The position numbers and the translations under genes are program-made. From contig CAJINV010000004.1 of the NCBI GenBank assembly GCA_905178155.1, positions 10,957,655 to 11,021,654 on the forward strand: a DNA stretch of 64,000 nt. The letters run 5' to 3'. This stretch comes from Amoebophrya sp. A120. Lineage: Eukaryota > Protista > Dinoflagellata. Below the pieces are notes generated by a model. The model did no database searches. It was not told the origin of the DNA and saw nothing but the letters and a program-made list of their open reading frames with translations. Position 1 is the first letter of the stretch. Each line of letters begins with the position of its first letter. Below, one piece after another: positions 63,381 to 64,000 of the stretch.

Positions 63381-63782
63381 GATCTGTGAACGCGAAGAGT
63401 TGCGCTACTTACTTTTTTACGTGTAGTTCGTTGTTTGTACTTGTGGAGGTTCATTCAAAATTCCATGAAATTGACCTCGTCAGAAGCCTTCCCGGTGCTG
63501 TTTGGGAAAAAAGAAAAACACTTCTAACCCGCTGACAATCGCGCACAGTAAACAAAGACATTGTAGCCTTCTCTCTGGTGATGCTGATACACAAACACAT
63601 CGAAGCTCTTCGTCCTCTCGTCCTCTCAGCCGCTCTTCTTCTTCTTGTCTAAGCCGTCTCGACATCATGATGATGACTCGTATTCGTAGTCCTAGTCTCG
63701 TCATCTTTTACTTACCGTGAAGCTCTTGGTCTTGGTCTTGTCGTGTCCATTTCGAATCTCGATTATATTTGCCGATCTACCC

Positions 63783-64000
63783 CGCGACAAAATTTGTCGT
63801 GCGATGTTGGTATCTACGCTTTCTGCAGCACCGCCGCGACAAAATTTGTCGCACGATGGTATGGTGGCCAAATGCTGCCATCTGAAGCACCGCCACGACA
63901 AAATTTGTCGTGGGAGGCAGGGCCGCGGCCGCCAATCTGCCTCCCGACAAAATTTGTCGTGGGAGGCAGGGCCGCGGCCGCCAATCTGCCTCCCGACAAA
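63783..64000. repeat. Array of quasi-palindromic cgacaaaatttgtcg motifs, including a 50-bp tandem unit; runs off the window end
   Basis: Motif at ~63785, 63837, 63896, 63945 and 63995; the same motif occurs at ~61867 and 61938. Confidence 0.85.

Overview
Eukaryotic, gene-dense genomic DNA of about 50% GC. The intron architecture points to the parasitic dinoflagellate Amoebophrya (Syndiniales); this is inferred, not confirmed. About 11 protein-coding genes can be reconstructed: a multi-PDZ protein, a ~3,850-aa multi-cNMP-binding protein split by 26 introns, an SV2/SVOP-like MFS transporter, an SSADH-type aldehyde dehydrogenase, a nucleoplasmin-like acidic protein, CCT2, an intronless OAS/CD-NTase-like nucleotidyltransferase next to a ~3,300-aa ZNFX1-like helicase, and three hypothetical proteins. 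The dominant signal is 29 short (109-407 bp) and 5 long (0.76-1.09 kb) DNA-transposon-like elements. They mostly have TA...TA ends, terminal inverted repeats (TIRs) and 5-bp target-site duplications (TSDs). They sit in coding exons, and removing the element plus one TSD restores the reading frame with no GT-AG boundaries, so they behave as non-canonical introns (introners). There is also an AT-rich decayed Ty1/copia-like remnant. Coordinates were counted by hand, and introner splice points are ambiguous within the TSD.
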